DNA from: an uncultured Planctomycetia bacterium
GTDB lineage: Bacteria > Omnitrophota > Gorgyraeia > 2-02-FULL-51-18
Length of the DNA: 53,590 bases
Assembly (NCBI GenBank): GCA_964374005.1
Contig: CAYJXB010000002.1
Span: 1-53,590, forward strand
Reading direction: 5' to 3'
Below the pieces are notes generated by a model that was not told the origin of the DNA, made no database searches, and saw nothing but the letters and a program-made list of their open reading frames with translations. The position numbers and the translations under genes were made by a program. Shown piece after piece: positions 18,401 through 21,147 of the stretch (the stretch's first letter is position 1; the number at the start of each line of letters is the position of its first letter).

Positions 18401-20930
18401 TGACAAGAAACGCGAACGTCCATTTTCAAATCCCCAGATTTTAAGAAATGCTCAGAAAGCCTTATCGCCTAGCCAAGAGGGCGCGCGGCTGGCGTTGGTT
18501 TTGACCCGCAAAGAAGGCCAATCTATTCTGATCGGTGACAACATCAGGGTAAAAGTGGAACGAATTAACCGGACCGGCCGTGATAAATTTATTGTACTTT
18601 TGGGCACCGTGGCTCCTAAAAATGTGGCGGTAAACAGGCAGGAGATCTATGATGCCAAGATCAGGGATAACACTCCGCTTGTGAAACCTGAAGACCGACA
18701 CCGTACGGAAGGTACGCATCCGGTTTATGCGCGCAAAGAGGGTGAATCCATCGTGATCGGCGGCCCCGAAAATAAAATTACGATTAAAGCGACAAATATA
18801 GTATACGATCGGCTAAGTCTTGTGATTGAAGCACCCAAGTCCGTCCGTATTTTGCGCGCGGAACTCCGCGGCGCGCGGTTGGCGGCTAACGATCGCGTTC
18901 GCCAGATACAGGAAAGATTGGTCGAGATTGAGACAAAACTTAGAGAATTAAGCAAACAGGAAAGATATTTAGAAAAGCAGCCTGTGCTTAAACCGAACAC
19001 GATCGGCGTCGAAATTGGCAAACTCAATAAAGAAAAGAGGGTATTAACAGAAGAACTCGGACGATTGCAATCTTCAACGGATGGCGCGCGGCTAGCGTTG
19101 GTGTTAGGGACAAAAGAAGGTGACACCATTGAAATTTTTGATAAAAATAAGGACAATCCGCTTTACACACTTAGAATTCAGAAATACTTGCCTGGTAAGG
19201 GAAGCGAAAGATCCCATGTCCTTCTTGAGGTCGAAGATCGAAAGTCCAAGCAATTCTCTTCGCTGGTTCTTTTTCTAAGAGGATATGAACCTGGAAGCGA
19301 GCAGTATGTCACAACGTTGGACAGCCAAAAACAAATAAGCCTTTTCTTCTCCGGATTAGCCGAAGGCAGGACTAACCAACCTATCAAACTCGCTTTCACG
19401 GCCCCGAGAGACATCTTAATTTACAGAAGCAAGCTAATCTCCGGTGCGCGGCTGGCGAATGAAGAGATCCCTACCGCAGAAAGGTTAGCTGCCGCAAAAG
19501 AGTTATACGAACGTATTCTCGAACTGATTACTTCTCCTCTACTGCAACCGCGGAAAGAACAATTGACCGACGGGATCAAAGAATTAGAAGAGACGATCCG
19601 CGCCTTAGGCGTTGCGCGCAACAAATTGACTCCACAAGATAAGGGAGTGGGCTTTGATGCCGACATTTTAAAGCAAATAGAAAGTTTAGAAGAACTATTA
19701 CAGGAAGTAAGATTAAAAGAATCCGGCCCCCGGCCCTACGGGCCGATAGGCCCGGAGGGCGCTCGACTCGTAGCAGCGCCGAAGGAAACGCGTTTCCCGC
19801 AAGAGCTATTGGACAGTGTGAAAAGGCCTCTAGTTTTTCGCGATAATTCCTTAAACGCGTTATTGAACCGCGAGCGTGATAATGCAGTCAGTAATGTCTC
19901 TGAATTTGGTCCAGAAGTCGTTGAGTCCCCTGAGCTAAAGGCCTTTGCCCTGGAGCTTTTTGTTGCAAGGACGCGGGACATTCGTTCGAGCAAGCTTTTC
20001 GCGCTCGCCTCATTCGTTTTTGAACCGGTTGTCGTCAAAGAAGGAGAGAAAGAAGTCTATTACTTGAAAGTCAGGAACCAAGAAGGACAGGGCAATAAGA
20101 TTAAGATACTGTCGTCCACTCAGCTTGCAAAAGAGGTAAGGTCGGAACTCACGAAGCTCCGCGCAACAGAAGTTCATGCTGAGAATGTTCAACAGGGCCT
20201 GGTCCAGGCGATCACCATCGCGGATCACGAGATTCGCCAGGCCGTTTTTTCAAATCTTTCGGATGTTTCAAGCCCTGTGACCTATGAACTGCCATTAAGC
20301 ATTTTCTCCGGATTTCAGTCAAAAGACGCTTCTCAGTTTGAAGTTCACGCCGAATACCTTGTTCTGCGAGCCCTGGCTTTCCTGAAACAAAGGGAAAATC
20401 GCCAAAGCCATTTGTATCTAAGCGGTTTAGAGGTCCTCACGCAAGCTCAGCAAACATTTTTCCGTGAAGCGGTTCAAAAATATCGGGCCGAGAATCTGAT
20501 CTTGTTCGGGACGGCGAAAGGCGATGTGATCGTGCAATTCGTGGACGCAGATACCCATCGTGAGGAGCTAAATCTGGATGTTTTCCGGAAAGTTTATATT
20601 CCCATTAACCGTATCCAAACAGAGGAATTGGCCGACTGGGCGGGCCGTTTCTACATCAGCGGCGGGCTCGCACATTTCTTTTCTTCGGGTGGTCAGCTGG
20701 ATTTCAAGGGCTACGATAAGACAAAGATCAGTCGGGTGCTGGATGTTTACAATTCCAGATCCTACGAGGCGATCTCAGACAGCGAGAAATTTGTCCAAGT
20801 CCTATCCGGACAAGAAAAGAAAGTAGCCGTCCTGAGGCGGTTTGTGCTGGGTAAAATTTACAAGATTCCGTTTGATAATATATTCCTGGCTTTCAGCACC
20901 ATGAAACGCATGCTAAGTCAAGCCGCTTAA
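18..20930 (+). CDS. Giant multi-enzyme fusion ORF (at least 6970 aa; central-carbon polyprotein-like), probably 5-prime incomplete in this window
   Basis: No in-frame stop for 6970 codons. The frame is also open from nt 3 to the ATG at 18, so the gene may start upstream. The translation contains, in order, TPI, isocitrate lyase, enoyl-CoA hydratase-like, malate synthase, PMM/PGM-like, cupin PGI, FBP aldolase/phosphatase x2, histidine phosphatase, ATP-PEPCK and CsrA-like modules. Twenty-one G-A-R-L-A-type pentapeptides separate the modules. Stop TAA 20928-20930 is followed by a hairpin terminator. Confidence 0.9.
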   Translation: MFSKMSQESETKAVLITGGYHAPNLKSLLKSKKISYVSIRPQVFHETNQKRYEKLLLNQQIDPTLVNRYIANVGKLQSHSTANMLRPWMGKDMPFLAAIAGEFGAPLSVLGVRSSEFGLPKISPLPTPSSELTPGARLAGKEDIWISGDQRLGDRGIGVSGTSTQQLTDSTAQQSLGARLANDLKAINLSGRPFWLSAEEGSKLVTTLLAELPANQREADILRPVQQYAKGGFNPSDVPPTTLRLSGHLIEFRNRSAGTWEKLHVDPADIFLIDVDGEIVIFPGLKNKLSTELSPEVLQGQVAYAEVNPLDRDKAALLQQLDQAESFSRKPVIGGNLKLEFESPIQHEQLIHEIAGSLEALKNQRPNLDLGSIDVFIAPQDAHLEALARAIQLLELRGEIRRGLIKLGAQNVSHGEKGAHTSGLPTAQTLKNLGVEYVIVGHSEAREELRETDQEINQKIKNLIAIGGLKPVLAVGESAGQRQAGQTEGFVRMQVLRGLDGLTADQILTSGLVIAYEPIWAIGPKAIGAASPEEANRIQKIIRQALLEQFGLEVASKTRIQYGGSVKPENVASFEQELNIDGGLIGGAAKKGDTFVPILSAFAASGARLATAISAEKREKIASINRFLNQPRFNRIKANRLWTADDLYEVMVEEGVFEAPKLQNILADKLYNAAAEAQRTRSFVATGGVMDGPNAAAMAEAGAKILYFSGWQMSHHYGEPDLAKYPLDTVPKRIAEIYKFLQNKDTNQKVVFRQRIKAIEKIFDELFREIRAKSPAELNQAKAAWVARFVSAATENGKSKWIYVNATRENPNLYIGAIFEKIVEEAIAQKSSTSQQKRDALREASYFALKAQLVDYLIPIFADGDTGHQSVKEMVRLFVAANSASIHMEDQVQGEKKCGHMSGKVLVSISEHMKRLVEARKEADKLGSNLVIIARTDAEAAKLLQSNDDIRDHYFILGTSTKNLPKLKYIIQLARRDFSDSQIRLDELAGQHPDLVAAIRKVWTLRGVITGRRVEPNQLFSNEAGYTLDAEEIWNSRESIEFGEDRLTMDTVLDTTYDDSTVASLSVQEILNLKPADIEDEIAAMRALSDLWNSKAQLKTFAQTVADAIQDEAKRKQWLALTNPLNESTETQKVPRSIEELREAAKAEFGVEVDWDWEPARTFEGYYQIDKKLGVVNSSVRMREFLKIADIGWMEQDGPNKKHSAELSANVKAVPQGKDAFLSLNLSPSFDWSNPEKWKDSLTEEQIANIKAAKALKGFNWNKQDTWRKYSKDILFFLDMLENFSPEMGKLGYQIQFVTIFQDHNSTLNTYRVGMDLVSRGAAGYVRNVQQEEQRLDSRFERHQTAAGVPRVDGEDRLSNRGASDLSAGGKDSTEHGFAALGIQLGEEAGLGAFTGEEVLFSAENGVAFITLNRPTSGNALTLEMVRQLRTYLAQVKTDPNIKAVVLKGVGTNFSTGDDIKSVVRAIHEGKIGFVDRFYEEQYALLQEIMDLSRAKAVISFVNGWVISSALGLVSSGNFIVADETTKFAALDTGLGLPLGNANPYHMRLRVRTPAARYYGLTGDSFNVAESNALGFENIFYSPATNLAELESDIKKLVSELSRRGFDADDILRELGVILKQRTGEVDRTSPKLEGINKYFGSDKATLLEIVQSLEAQRNTDPFAEQTLKILQLRSPIALQVTLSLIDEVTSFKDALDHQLKAVKYLATQNPDYAEGVQAILGFDVSAGTKTEKREPRFTGEMGKVDVAELTKAFGISVGARLAEISFREDDKVGNVEGAYKDIYTPETLSVLKKLAPLTAEQNDLMKKRYNRREDRAANKKDITFLNPNSYIPGTKIYVRDARKGNFEGASIPQDLQRQWIQGTGPAARPRETLERSLRNIAYALLSGADGWMFDGEDALGQVDTMSLDNIRNLTLAIHKDPIFMKVAENLAQELVRDGFQPAGFDWKKQLDFTTKLYRTRGLHLNDRHTIVTIDGKEYAMSATIVDMVLYIVNNYERLLDEGSTPTFYLPKLQTAEEAAFMAKIMDALEDSLIYKDKPLERGTIKAFVLVEQLEESFQLMEIRAALGKHFVGFNTGRWDYINSVSDAKAWDEKFINPNIEEITMTYGYMGNYEDRVRRASYTPDRNGNTVHWIGGMEPNIPVGSKEGVEAAMKKAVAGGQREFNAGAGGKWVASPKMVPIVRPIWEKGFAGQTNADGTPKVNNLEMKVKPLTYAAKDATGLTKLPEAPRTIRGARNLLSVGLQYGNAFERGFAAAALKPADFFGNDSILYLMEDAATGEIRLSILHEWVHKKAVITEDDSELGVKAGDVFTDELFKKLLEQEYQKLLSADNKDVHDDSKTTTLPIARQIVETYVLDPVKFAWYIDLLNIVLNVSNLDEATRRINLYTDTWKTTGKRITHNLDFALAGARLAAEKVAAREKFVISEKRLTLKAVLRQITMREPLTVEVERGTTVILSKAVTALGPNETALLLNRDDVVMVNGEHPTVSLEGRQQELIGKYSSTLSKPLSQTDAKLVRQMLRDYDYRSRGVGAPSPAVWFRWGIVWGQMALDRAAKSGVKKRTVVLANDGRIVDPEIIEALAAGLAYAGLDVIYTSAKHMDTATSYSWSVKQFNPLASIFITSSHVVAEMGEKIQGGKISISDIEGRLSSLSTREIKDESYKSYGKITPGTSSASTVSGEIVEADIRENVIRNNVLIGHAFSKPGALAQLDEAYRRAPDDILTVIKKWEDAIPAGSLPLDGMAIVVDGRHTESGSLGVESLRRLGANAIGLNTDVYALGGEHGADPSARENLSDLMKRMHDERVLIGLSFDLDGDRGAIVVRFEITQAEFDKLTDDEKEKCLLTDGRISRFLILPPDNLEAALIRPLLEQGGYRDLAEKTGGKKLAFVRDVLSSDMVDVIAKQNGAESFLTDSGYVFLKEKARELEKQGYLVVMLGERSGHTWTRVTGDYENPIAVAIQFAVMARQYQTAHPESVNPFMDFFKANTVPFKQSLRFQPEISMSLLRKLSGVDDWRFELNPDGKTLETKPTQVVIAGARNRVIRSLISYFRPGKTFGDLTIDELVYQKPSTSPDKMYRFVEVRFKTADGLPAGKFVMRASSNDPTFVASYETPARKGETLESPSVHDRYISIGGIVMQYLRRKGFTDVLDSKDGNTQIEAASLKAYLNFLDAFGARAVELTPLLGLPAVFDPSTLAVTYGDGVGFLKAWQKTIGGNVMSGDALWKSLKLAVGYVDEEGNVGRQPDLSQFYSPEKILYHGHQGAYWNDKKLRTLLQENKLRPDVTVLPAGFIGEEYIRTEGHHHLSGLPEVYETVYGRNGYLLFKTVSEDSEDIADVMFIFAEEGDHVLFPPGYQHISINIGATPFVMTDWVSTEARPDFEYIKRHHGAPYWVVKGPDGQPRFVRNPRYKGKVPEIRLLRPAEEIPEFGLKKGVPMFNLVREGKIGLLRFLNDTNESGRYDAIYQKAFVPTQTRSESGARLSTEKESLAQPALTLAGARLASFDDKLERALQNSNRERVDELVQNDLLKGKQFRRSIGTNDARFTTGQIELLDLAIEAASGARLAHQAVIATPANPAASLNQDQQKRLSQLAGHEVSRAFIESRVFTFSLSDFDLYAETPKNKEDQQKDAIANFVKGAWSAGRESRELEGVTPDEQKTAENDLRDSLSLLQKAAQHLPTGSLNHVRFAFVLESATPNSEEVKFLTEVLGYPPQTHSYYGEASPELYKDDTGSVVATAGTFPYTKDGQEVKEPQTIYLSVAYLKRLAQLIHQDQPSAQEVINRVSHEVATLNWNLSAEGGLEARGNEAIESKVKALYQKSKDDQRAKWIDRDHNRTTELFVSVDLSKVLGPVTQIPESLVKKAETLLDQLKKQGVIKDHFITRIGNYLLLDISHNDGAKSQRISSLLDAVLFGALDETVNQRGLAPVPSEATQLRALLNWKEGEVRYSKRPSQPTLRQVIVGGAEKSSDGILFDLYASPNITTQQAIEGTHGTYFVAQNTEARQKGLGFTLPGGNNNRGLFHLLAVLKTAMHTVKAIFVGKTSRFPVDEPVAQAISLGDLQVIFYHSQAGAEAVGGISGPGTAPRIIEGTHGRRLSLKPVTLKEAVNLTPEKLRGEFAGYAPTIIWGTQVFDKNPRRTGQFDEIVDVIEESAEFSVRGDLDYIRDEFAKLLNEQGFSQPALTTEKANSQAGKAFDEFKARPVKRPKQIESKEGRLTSSIFKADIGSALGHTKPLSVYMAVARAILEKAKRDGLIKDYLVKRKSVDREATDEKNGVIEFRVGDDIELQIIHDRPIQDKEIHGLAWRAFWAAGWTVIADDVLERTPYGLLQDLPNAKDLDSFEEAKIDPATFEIMKENLKALSLENPRAIDEDELKALEEKFHSEWEAQASGKRVSKKKASAAFTFTGNVKGSGIGSAEGYVDPGNWTVFAFDKASPGAFSVPFMKAAEQALKDGVYTNLLFEVEKVRPEYQNEKEVPQEPIILDYANLEERKLIERMLGAVNEFQIKAIRTVDANGRVNLVASNSTDRLYQVTSGIYAGKDDPAGIMDTKFAEYTVRWMQNNLFITEGDERGSHWAFVLPVAMDKSSPGTHSIPTVVAVSFTVTPHGKIENVIDVFENNKFDDIRAKAAYFNWAFIRSVGNIGPRGDASSVEYTYPLWLNINKITADNSPYKVTIPIREAETQPSALPTATTEAKPITDWENNILAILKVEGIHNIEEIRKAVRQATHLYSNHRNDLTNQQKKDLKEAIDKLRRQVEGARLAQEETMQRLGFKLAEGEQNRIAYNPDFTPLVLNADVWIQPHAVTSLNENSIIQGKRADEVAKAANDNISTSLTQTGIQQAIQSSNELWQTIGKKLISNESVIFLRSPQKRSKETAAQFVEVARTHGITIDNSSDENVSNKAAYQVKIDENLFELEVGALESKSRAQLEEIEELRTVSKRQKERDAFMKPPAGQNLPEGQSFIEFADQVDRFLQHINKEYAGKTVVVLGASAVWTGTARTLLRTRQARELFNKNSYVDWNDRTLAPHNNRENLIHLNEEIAPTGARLGERLEARGRQLVAKEIPSAISQQPLANSQLGARLANLSADLEHLNRGDEFVLQYRDKDKNLQSIHGVVDFVSIGIIVTGDILVVLGKGVLTDKVVNITYFPIKQGKVLSESTNIETDFNSIVRVNAPPAYGKNTGARLAVTKSSKDQSNILMIPAKKILTDLSADQLYELAVQGEKLRAAQFEDEIRTDPTVAAMANTKGKPLADLKIAQFRAALQDNFKTAYGSTIYYSNITNRSAKKTSHYEIDGFTVGTDQIAADPKFAQKLLAAVEDHLRSRDLIQVDRSVGQDPSDSRHFRLIVDSKYGRLAHELTALHFPAAPGASSATPDILTIDLPDFDLSQYGLADQKEPYILRIPSRGINLVLGTDYFGEIKKSALTSNGYLAKEAGNLALHAGSKIVQVLDAKTGKIVTKRVIASGLSGTGKTTTLVGTQGLSGDESSTMFQDDFIELRIERSAAGKITGVKVKGLEAGVYYKTERLDPNKEPELFKAAKHPSTILSNVWMNQAKDGLVPDYDNTDITGNGRGVVSRAQITDHPSVDMDGLDIVVWLTRRETIVPAMAKLNPDLAAALFLLGESVITSAADPTRAGESVREAGFSPFIVGSVSAEANLLLEIFEALPQIEVVLANTGKVGATYGEGAKPGAKIDVPDSAALFKALFRGNIATRPDPDWGYEVAYEVPDYDISRLDPGVHYTPDGIAALTAKLRAERVQWLQRFPGLNPKIIDAIQNPNAGARLGERLEARGRQLVAKEIPSAISQQPLANSQLGARLADVNALKQEIKRAASNLLAMVSDKSFEERVSHSSISSGDIAKFLDITKQLETVLKQFLDERDPRFYENYDALVDDVDQVFRDKTNIIFDYAFQEGAEDFMVAIGPFYQAFIELVNSLNALKLSRGARLASEQGQVDLLNEVKDYLNSPEGITRREKGDTRIIYLKSVLKGTVNKPQGQWLTDEQIRGIKTHLRDLKQIAYTDPLVLKKWAKGKINANIPAENIAEALFERIARVLEYQKTGHDATVWMRTAAPATTETILAIRDAAKQKEAALRFIQMILPVAPEKVDAYQARAITELAVQLRLTDTVVIDSLRMIIEADKKRERPFSNPQILRNAQKALSPSQEGARLALVLTRKEGQSILIGDNIRVKVERINRTGRDKFIVLLGTVAPKNVAVNRQEIYDAKIRDNTPLVKPEDRHRTEGTHPVYARKEGESIVIGGPENKITIKATNIVYDRLSLVIEAPKSVRILRAELRGARLAANDRVRQIQERLVEIETKLRELSKQERYLEKQPVLKPNTIGVEIGKLNKEKRVLTEELGRLQSSTDGARLALVLGTKEGDTIEIFDKNKDNPLYTLRIQKYLPGKGSERSHVLLEVEDRKSKQFSSLVLFLRGYEPGSEQYVTTLDSQKQISLFFSGLAEGRTNQPIKLAFTAPRDILIYRSKLISGARLANEEIPTAERLAAAKELYERILELITSPLLQPRKEQLTDGIKELEETIRALGVARNKLTPQDKGVGFDADILKQIESLEELLQEVRLKESGPRPYGPIGPEGARLVAAPKETRFPQELLDSVKRPLVFRDNSLNALLNRERDNAVSNVSEFGPEVVESPELKAFALELFVARTRDIRSSKLFALASFVFEPVVVKEGEKEVYYLKVRNQEGQGNKIKILSSTQLAKEVRSELTKLRATEVHAENVQQGLVQAITIADHEIRQAVFSNLSDVSSPVTYELPLSIFSGFQSKDASQFEVHAEYLVLRALAFLKQRENRQSHLYLSGLEVLTQAQQTFFREAVQKYRAENLILFGTAKGDVIVQFVDADTHREELNLDVFRKVYIPINRIQTEELADWAGRFYISGGLAHFFSSGGQLDFKGYDKTKISRVLDVYNSRSYEAISDSEKFVQVLSGQEKKVAVLRRFVLGKIYKIPFDNIFLAFSTMKRMLSQAA
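1008..1832 (+). other. Triosephosphate isomerase module (preceded by an unassigned extension of about 150 aa, 561..1007)
   Basis: GGNLKLE (cf. NWK), GAQN, VGHSEAR (cf. GHSERR), AYEPIWAIG, YGGSV, GGLIGGAA. The catalytic N/K/H/E positions are retained. Confidence 0.8.
1848..4151 (+). other. Isocitrate lyase module (long form, about 770 aa)
   Basis: YFSGWQ, FADGDTGH, HMEDQ, KKCGHMSGK (ICL signature K-[KR]-C-G-H), IIARTDA, and the C-terminal HQ..AG...STEHGF. It begins directly after a GARLA junction. Confidence 0.85.
4206..5291 (+). other. Enoyl-CoA hydratase / 3-hydroxyisobutyryl-CoA hydrolase-like (crotonase fold) module
   Basis: EEVLFSAENGVAFITLNRPTSGNAL, AVVLKGVGTNFSTGDDI, and a long ECH_2-like C-terminal extension. 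Confidence 0.7.
5307..7238 (+). other. Malate synthase (A-type) module
   Basis: WMFDGEDALGQ, RGLHLNDRH, YLPKLQTAEEA, IKAFVLVEQLE, GFNTGRWDYINS, GGMEPNIP, GKWVASPKM, MEDAATGEIRLS. Confidence 0.85.
7579..9527 (+). other. Phosphomannomutase/phosphoglucomutase-like module (preceded by an unassigned extension of about 108 aa, 7254..7578)
   Basis: YDYRSRG (cf. YDIRG), VVLANDGR, ITSSH phosphoserine loop (cf. TASHNP), SFDLDGDRGAIV metal loop, GERSGH. Confidence 0.65.
9543..10436 (+). other. Cupin-type (archaeal-type) glucose-6-phosphate isomerase module
   Basis: TEGHHHLSGLPEVYETVYGRNG and PPGYQHISINIG match the cPGI motifs T-x-G-H-x-H...E-x-Y and PP-x3-H-x3-N. Confidence 0.7.
11508..12530 (+). other. 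Degenerate FBP aldolase/phosphatase-like module (probable pseudo-enzyme copy)
   Basis: It is collinear with the next module (LFVSVDLSKVLG vs IFKADIGSALGH; ITRIGNYLLLDISH vs RVGDDIELQIIH). The K and D of the KADIGS motif are replaced. Confidence 0.45.
12645..14030 (+). other. Fructose-1,6-bisphosphate aldolase/phosphatase (class V FBPase) module with insertions
   Basis: IFKADIGSALGH, VGDDIELQIIH, TGNVKGSGIG, YAGKDDPAGI, GDERGSHWAFVLPV. Confidence 0.75.
14286..15128 (+). other. Histidine-phosphatase (phosphoglycerate-mutase superfamily) module with atypical catalytic motifs
   Basis: WIQPHAVTSLN (cf. RHGET), LTQTGIQQA, SPQKRSKETA (cf. SPLxRAxxTA). The Arg of RHG and the distal His (VLGASAVW vs SHG) are not conserved. 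Confidence 0.5.
15129..15245 (+). repeat. 117-bp perfect direct repeat, copy 1 (GARLG - 29-aa spacer - GARLA)
   Basis: Base-for-base identical to 17331..17447, read directly from the sequence. Confidence 0.95.
15558..17330 (+). other. ATP-dependent phosphoenolpyruvate carboxykinase module
   Basis: LGTDYFGEIKK, LHAGSK, SGLSGTGKTTT (kinase-1a loop), FQDDF, GVYYKT, ITGNGRGVV. Confidence 0.8.
17331..17447 (+). repeat. 117-bp perfect direct repeat, copy 2
   Basis: Identical to 15129..15245. The two copies bracket the 99-aa unknown module plus the PEPCK module. The offset of 2202 nt is a multiple of 3. Confidence 0.95.
18495..18869 (+). other. Tandem CsrA-like (carbon storage regulator) RNA-binding module
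   Basis: LVLTRKEGQSILIGDNIRVKV...APKNVAVNRQEIY (cf. CsrA MLILTRKVGESI...APKEVSVHREEIY), then a second copy ARKEGESIVIG...LVIEAPKSVRILRAEL. The first copy begins exactly at the GARLA junction. Confidence 0.75.
19098..19442 (+). other. Second, more diverged CsrA-like module (apparently also two half-copies)
   Basis: LVLGTKEGDTIEIF directly after GARLA; C-terminal IKLAFTAPRDILIYRSKL (cf. IGIEAPKEVSVHREEI). Confidence 0.5.
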
Positions 20931-20956
20931 TCTGATACTTTCTTAATCTTAACTAA

Positions 20957-20985
20957 GGGCGGGCCAAAAGCCCGCCCTTTTCCTT
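20957..20985 (+). terminator. Rho-independent terminator of the giant ORF
   Basis: GGGCGGGC-caaaa-GCCCGCCC followed by TTTTCCTTTT, 27 nt after the stop codon. Confidence 0.75.
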
Positions 20986-21001
20986 TTGTCCTCCCATTGA
21001 G

Positions 21002-21052
21002 GGGTCAGAGGGGTCAGACCCCTCAAATGCAGGGGTCTGACCCCTCTGACCC
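21002..21052. repeat. 22-bp perfect inverted repeat built from GGGGTCAGACCCC-type units
   Basis: gggtcagaggggtcagacccct - caaatgc - aggggtctgacccctctgaccc. A related unit is at 43073..43085. Confidence 0.85.
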
Positions 21053-21072
21053 TTACACCTTTTATAAGGCAC

Positions 21073-21101
21073 TTGACAAATGACCAGTGTCGTAATACAC
21101 T
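21073..21101 (+). promoter_or_regulatory. Sigma70-like promoter for the vapBC-like pair
   Basis: TTGACA (21073-78), 17-nt spacer, TACACT (21096-101), about 47 nt upstream of the ATG. Confidence 0.5.
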
Positions 21102-21147
21102 TATAGTATCAATATGTAAAAAGTAATACAATTTAGTGAGGTGAGTC

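Larger units (their letters stand above)
420..19772 (+). repeat. 21 in-frame copies of a 15-nt junction motif encoding G-A-R-L-A (consensus GGCGCGCGGCTGGCG) at module boundaries of the giant ORF
   Basis: Copies at 420-434, 546-560, 1833-1847, 5292-5306, 7239-7253, 9528-9542 (GARAV), 10437-10451 (GARLS), 10494-10508, 10686-10700, 14271-14285, 15129-15143 (GARLG), 15231-15245, 15543-15557, 17331-17345 (GARLG), 17433-17447, 17817-17831, 18480-18494, 18870-18884, 19083-19097, 19443-19457, 19758-19772 (GARLV). Sixteen are exact GARLA, and all are in the ORF frame. Confidence 0.95.

Noticed and set aside
885-19666. Numerous antisense or alternative-frame ORFs inside the giant gene (e.g. 885..1301 -, 6410..6871 -, 9921..10421 -, 18725..19156 -)
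   Set aside because: These are shadow ORFs of a long coding region. Their translations are low-complexity or Arg/Ser-rich and carry no recognisable motifs.
420-19772. Could the 15-nt GGCGCGCGGCTGGCG repeats be a CRISPR array or other non-coding repeat array?
   Set aside because: Spacing is highly irregular, from 42 nt to 3.5 kb. All copies are in one reading frame of a stop-free ORF, and the intervening sequences encode recognisable enzymes.
18-20930. Giant ORF as an NRPS/PKS, RTX toxin or repetitive adhesin
   Set aside because: I found no condensation, adenylation, thiolation, KS or AT motifs, no Ig-like, cadherin or RTX nonapeptide repeats, and no visible signal peptide. The modules are unrelated soluble enzymes.
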